A stretch of DNA of 64,000 nt from Proteromonas lacertae (Eukaryota). Both the position numbers and the translations under genes were made by a program. The first letter of the stretch is position 1. Every line of letters begins with the position of its first letter. The notes beneath the pieces were generated by a model that was not told the DNA's origin, did not search any database, and worked only from the letters and a program-made list of their open reading frames with translations. Below, piece after piece: positions 62,801 through 64,000 of the stretch. The stretch spans positions 1 through 64,000 of the forward strand of contig NGBS01000892.1 of NCBI GenBank assembly GCA_002245135.1. Direction: 5' to 3'.

Positions 62801-64000
62801 CATTGATAAGCAGGAGAAGTAATATTGGGTCTTCCACATCCAAATTCTAAACTTCCTACTACTCCTGCAGCACTGGTGCCTTGAACTTGGCTGCTACATA
62901 CTCTTGCACCTAGGGATTTCCATGTTGTACCTTTTGTTATCAAATAGGAACTAACTGTTCCTCCTACATAAAAACCACCTGTTGATGTTACTCTTGTTAT
63001 ATAACCATTAAATAGAAGAAGACTCTGTTTAGTAAAATCTACTCCCAGATTATTCCAAAATTCATATCCACTTCGATATCCTACGATCTTTTGAGTCATT
63101 TTATAATATAATATGGCAGAAGAACTTGGAGTTACAAGAGCGTCTGTATCACGATAGCTTCCAGCTATACTATTTTCAGTACAACTTGTTTTATCAAAAT
63201 TATCTTTATAATAAGATGAGAAATATCCAGGAATATAATTTACACTAGAAGAGTATTTAAATTTAATTGCAACTGAACTAGAACTGTGAGGATTACTTCC
63301 TGTTATTATAACATCAACAGGATTTCCACTTGCTGTTCCACTGATTTTACAGGATGAACTATCTAATGATAATCCACTTCCTATTGTACCATTTGATACA
63401 CAAGATGTTAAACTGCCTTCATAGATACTTTCAAATAATACAGATTTACTTCCAAATAATATCATCTCATTTGTTTCATAATGAAGAAATTGTAATGGAG
63501 AGGATGATGGATTAGGCATATCTTCAACACTCAATTTCAAGGGAATTTCGATTGATTTGCTTTTCAATAAACATTTTATCTTATATTCTTTCATTTCAAT
63601 TTCACTCACATAACCATTCGAATAGATTTTACCATTCGATTTTATTGATATGTTCGAAGGAAGATTTTGATCTGATGATATTGAACAATCATGAATTGGA
63701 TTACTACATTTTGGTTTTAGGATTCTAAATTCATGATTTATTGGAATTTTTATTCCATCTTCTACAACAATTCCATAATCACATTCAGTGTCTTTATCAT
63801 CATAGATTTCTAATAGGATTTTCTTCTTCATCATTACTTCATCTTTTATATAAGATATCTCATAAATTCTTTCAAACATTGTTTCTTCACTCATTCCTAA
63901 TATTACACATTCAGATGATAAATATAAACCATTTGGTAAATTTTCTTCAATTGAACAATAAGAAATCTCTGAATCTTTTTCTTCAGATGATAAGATCTCT
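53884..64000 (-). CDS. Giant intronless Ig-like-repeat surface protein (>3370 aa, 5' end beyond window) with C-terminal mastigoneme-like EGF module
   Basis: Frame is open to base 63999. Many LP.GL...G.ISG putative-Ig repeats, a discoidin-like segment (PVDWKL), CPKEGDWPET module, GGLIG (GLUG-like) repeats and C-terminal EGF-like repeats. Confidence 0.85.
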   Translation of the reverse strand, partial: EILSSEEKDSEISYCSIEENLPNGLYLSSECVILGMSEETMFERIYEISYIKDEVMMKKKILLEIYDDKDTECDYGIVVEDGIKIPINHEFRILKPKCSNPIHDCSISSDQNLPSNISIKSNGKIYSNGYVSEIEMKEYKIKCLLKSKSIEIPLKLSVEDMPNPSSSPLQFLHYETNEMILFGSKSVLFESIYEGSLTSCVSNGTIGSGLSLDSSSCKISGTASGNPVDVIITGSNPHSSSSVAIKFKYSSSVNYIPGYFSSYYKDNFDKTSCTENSIAGSYRDTDALVTPSSSAILYYKMTQKIVGYRSGYEFWNNLGVDFTKQSLLLFNGYITRVTSTGGFYVGGTVSSYLITKGTTWKSLGARVCSSQVQGTSAAGVVGSLEFGCGRPNITSPAYQCVANARSLADANLIDDSYVGYISQSLLTYNFTYSLYPLYFPIPNNNPIIYSSLGVAKSDSTRYSIYPELPMGLKLNIENGEINGIGLVESEMKYYVIESGPYTQGDEIIPKITTTIEIGIKEMKDETNPLFECQHNNDYQVNKNINIICSSTLDSIYTSSSLPEGLMLNNNIISGSSIRPVFNYPITIRRYTRNGYREYKFKLNIICSDYFYEINYHSGKYGIEESSYSVVNKEDNSKTIESITPTNNGDNIHSLCTSDGNGKYSLILNSKSIDGGYYEIFNKYHNIITSGRINNYEDTRTIDFEVDGEGIPKIIYELSSFNLIIGLYYIISPTITNGGTDFLIDYIPSGMKFNQSSGMLYGIINEKLESKSIKISCENNHGKTEKSITINSQYCEEENENNILVNVYGKIESDNENIELYDNSNNKIFYNILTNNHLKKNTYSEYFCISRDVYSLKTTITNKNTDVEIRLVDYNISTKALLDDNAIIPVIIDRLLSYKSECEYSSTTQSDNDWSNKYDADSWNKMNLKELIESTSENLKYIRIQFEYKSKNNQKLYWYIKVRCVGNLKIYLNGNEIYSKENNLEEEIISIPLLTSILNENKNIIGLELSNSLKYLDFQYISTYECISSPIDGITSIKSFGSLNGTIGDYSFTNDEMLRLLDNDESTSITFDMSERIAYIPYWIEIRYDKPILINSYYLRRNKNEENSYPVDWKLLVKNNENDDWVEIQNIENVIEPKDENDNKREFPIPNHNDKYSIYLFNFTRRGIDGGSLSKKISLSDYISQICNYPSFCDNTIIPIGKKDISSCSAGKSFSSSSPISQITKRCKNNNGKGGLVSNEESNCEVSDYMFVCSNTKLEGSVDKQLATTNDVFISISGSYSIEIKSGDKDLPKGLYYDGYGRIYGTSSEKVDPSLDYVITITPTEYNGKTKTCTVSILITMPTCPKEGDWPETEGRETASIFCESGCSGNRTRECQLNNGEAKWGDAKYDGCLYPKSVEYSNKTAYYYNLKIITPTIDSSSKDLTFEIISEDEVSTLLKINKSNGEISGNLTSEIKPDTYEIFINVTGNHTITVPFIIINEIIIPNITYNSITYKGCKGLLFETDTPIIHAYQPVLFIIPDLTTMNNGLSFDNKNGKISGIPTEILNEEKFLIRLASGDLPSSEFEMNITIEEFEYIIDEIHQSDKINICPKGKANNSKFSFADNTQEEMLNKMKIHLDKDSGCLYTLEGETVDGILNETLIRIQQTLLSKTVTIEFNLTVSQYKFKYKNVLDIYHIGESFRLEPEVEKEDEMSFVLKDEGISETLEGLGIKFDISSGVFSSDGIKEVIENNVLEINIQQKLSNSKVVEGKLVLNIYYVAPPDFTYNIESKYYYKYSIDIKPSSRSEKSSFSISPIEIEKELTAIGIIFDKDNGSIKSDIISGLFNETFKVIQSNGYKPEDKEYSISLLIIYHSPISVYSSKTKYIFYKNEENNTEKLSTDLPEDKSIRYKTYPEITTGESEIQFNDETGVITVKIDLEKQTPKQLKYKISAYNIEGESINNVEITIRIIHRKPTLLVYPNISNGLYLQPLSNSLLPTVKEEGSIYKFYIDPNYLNRFKMIGLNIDTKTGIISSNKLLTRVQKEEIKIIGENEDGKILTSIFITITLRKPKFLGYGEGDELNKVTVYRYDPYSCNPNVDNNDGISYPESYKVSENKELIDKYNLTIDEKTGILSGLVKVYFENDNDIMIKVIGMNDGGSTEIELSISLKDPIPSFEYPFDVIFYYKIESTINPISYHPSINEFKIDNFEELKEKFVSLKFNFKTGELKGEPNRVFKDDDSLVTMISATNKNSTLSKKITISSKLSIPKDIKYEYPNVKTHVGEEFNFGKVSVIGYVEKWEISPTPVEGIEINESTGEIKGKVNERHSIPLVYTVYGINEVGKGSTTISLVVLYPAPTFISIDKSEYYCVERLECILDKPKIGENDHIYSYSTIPSLESYGLSINQENGIISGKINDNMLFDDSVILIGSNLEGSVNTSFKLYIIANVHPPTLPPESLPDIENPIFIPIEDEIKNIEDKLNELKEKDNEYEIIDDIMKEIKREENPITSIPDIIKENGLDIWYEFVTNTLPFISDKIIEKIIEEGNIGINLDKRKENEIPSLINKMLGDEKYEENIRGVTIMKKGFNMKGTRLVLHSEMRNEVNIKILKCVENSIIQNTVLSLYSSSMINSGRRVVMRNGRNMKETYKLFRITECGIFGDVINSTIENIVVEIYDATEINCNGTSGLLFDSVINSTIKNVRIEFFNRGTRSIIMNLKDEMTFGFLAGEVKNSKISSIRVVGDLLRINVLGIENDENEIIIGGLIGKCDNCEIENSFVDIMNMKYVGDDKENNNKMRIIYGSLIGEIEEEESNNLISYSFGLIRRSLTILFDKEEGIEMRFGGLIGRIKNGNVNIYSCWFKLSNGGIVGRNDSDSNNIIVSGLINEIENIEDCNIVVNFTYVRIITNQPLFKNAKFGLFYGGEYYGNITHEKNYGYISNPFVGNGKYYYNSNFDVSEFKLRLLEPNQYEMDEFKCEDSLLFGSGNEKSCCYNNDCVVKLESFGYRKGIFSGIYGNIGVTETLWGYDDSFSYYRNNGIITNSKSRTNSHDLNTKLRLEDPISYSKQCFNNCNNNGRCVNGKCMCYFGWKGSDCSMRICAYGIFLSDHNYYECSNHGKCNRNSGECECFDGYEGNSCSRLSCPNKCNNHGVCRTIETILKNKEYSRIENVEDNYYGIMNKYDKNDKDNEYIQICVCDKEYFGDDCSKRKCPYGVSVSDECESSQQSLQRIIFKTNGKDVTYNNKIYIEYIDPFGRVWYTDSITFDNINEWKKELYRLPSGTISLDDIDIEKDDLNNEVKVEITYSKYQSGRQYEMKILGRKEIDENEKIDDNGNYYGIKKNEKLLDTNIIKIENMIEDSLPSNMCSNNGKCNTITGNCECFDGFKGPSCESSDIFN

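Overview
AT-rich microbial eukaryote DNA with very short (about 27-43 nt) GT-AG introns. A mastigoneme-type module, Ig-repeat surface protein, beta-alpha transhydrogenase and intron size suggest a stramenopile, possibly Blastocystis/Opalinata-like (inference only). 1-11.4 kb: truncated Polinton/Maverick- or Polinton-like-virus region with an adenain-type cysteine protease, two divergent paralogous rve integrases, a Tc1 transposase, orphan ORFs and several GC-rich hairpins. Among the hairpins is a tandem pair of long stem-loop, oligo(T)-terminated units; one carries a perfect Pol III B-box. They resemble adenovirus VA RNA genes and are the most novel signal here. 12-19 kb: a heavily decayed Hydin pseudogene and a degenerate hAT transposon. 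19-64 kb: host genes, namely intact DLEC1, ZNF830-like, Q/P-rich protein, pseudokinase-LRR, GT41-like protein, NAD(P) transhydrogenase, GNPTAB-like Stealth protein, a five-member EF-hand family, and a >3370 aa Ig-repeat protein ending in a mastigoneme-like module. Several single-base frameshifts lie in homopolymers and may be sequencing errors. All calls come from reading the sequence by eye; no searches or folding programs were run.
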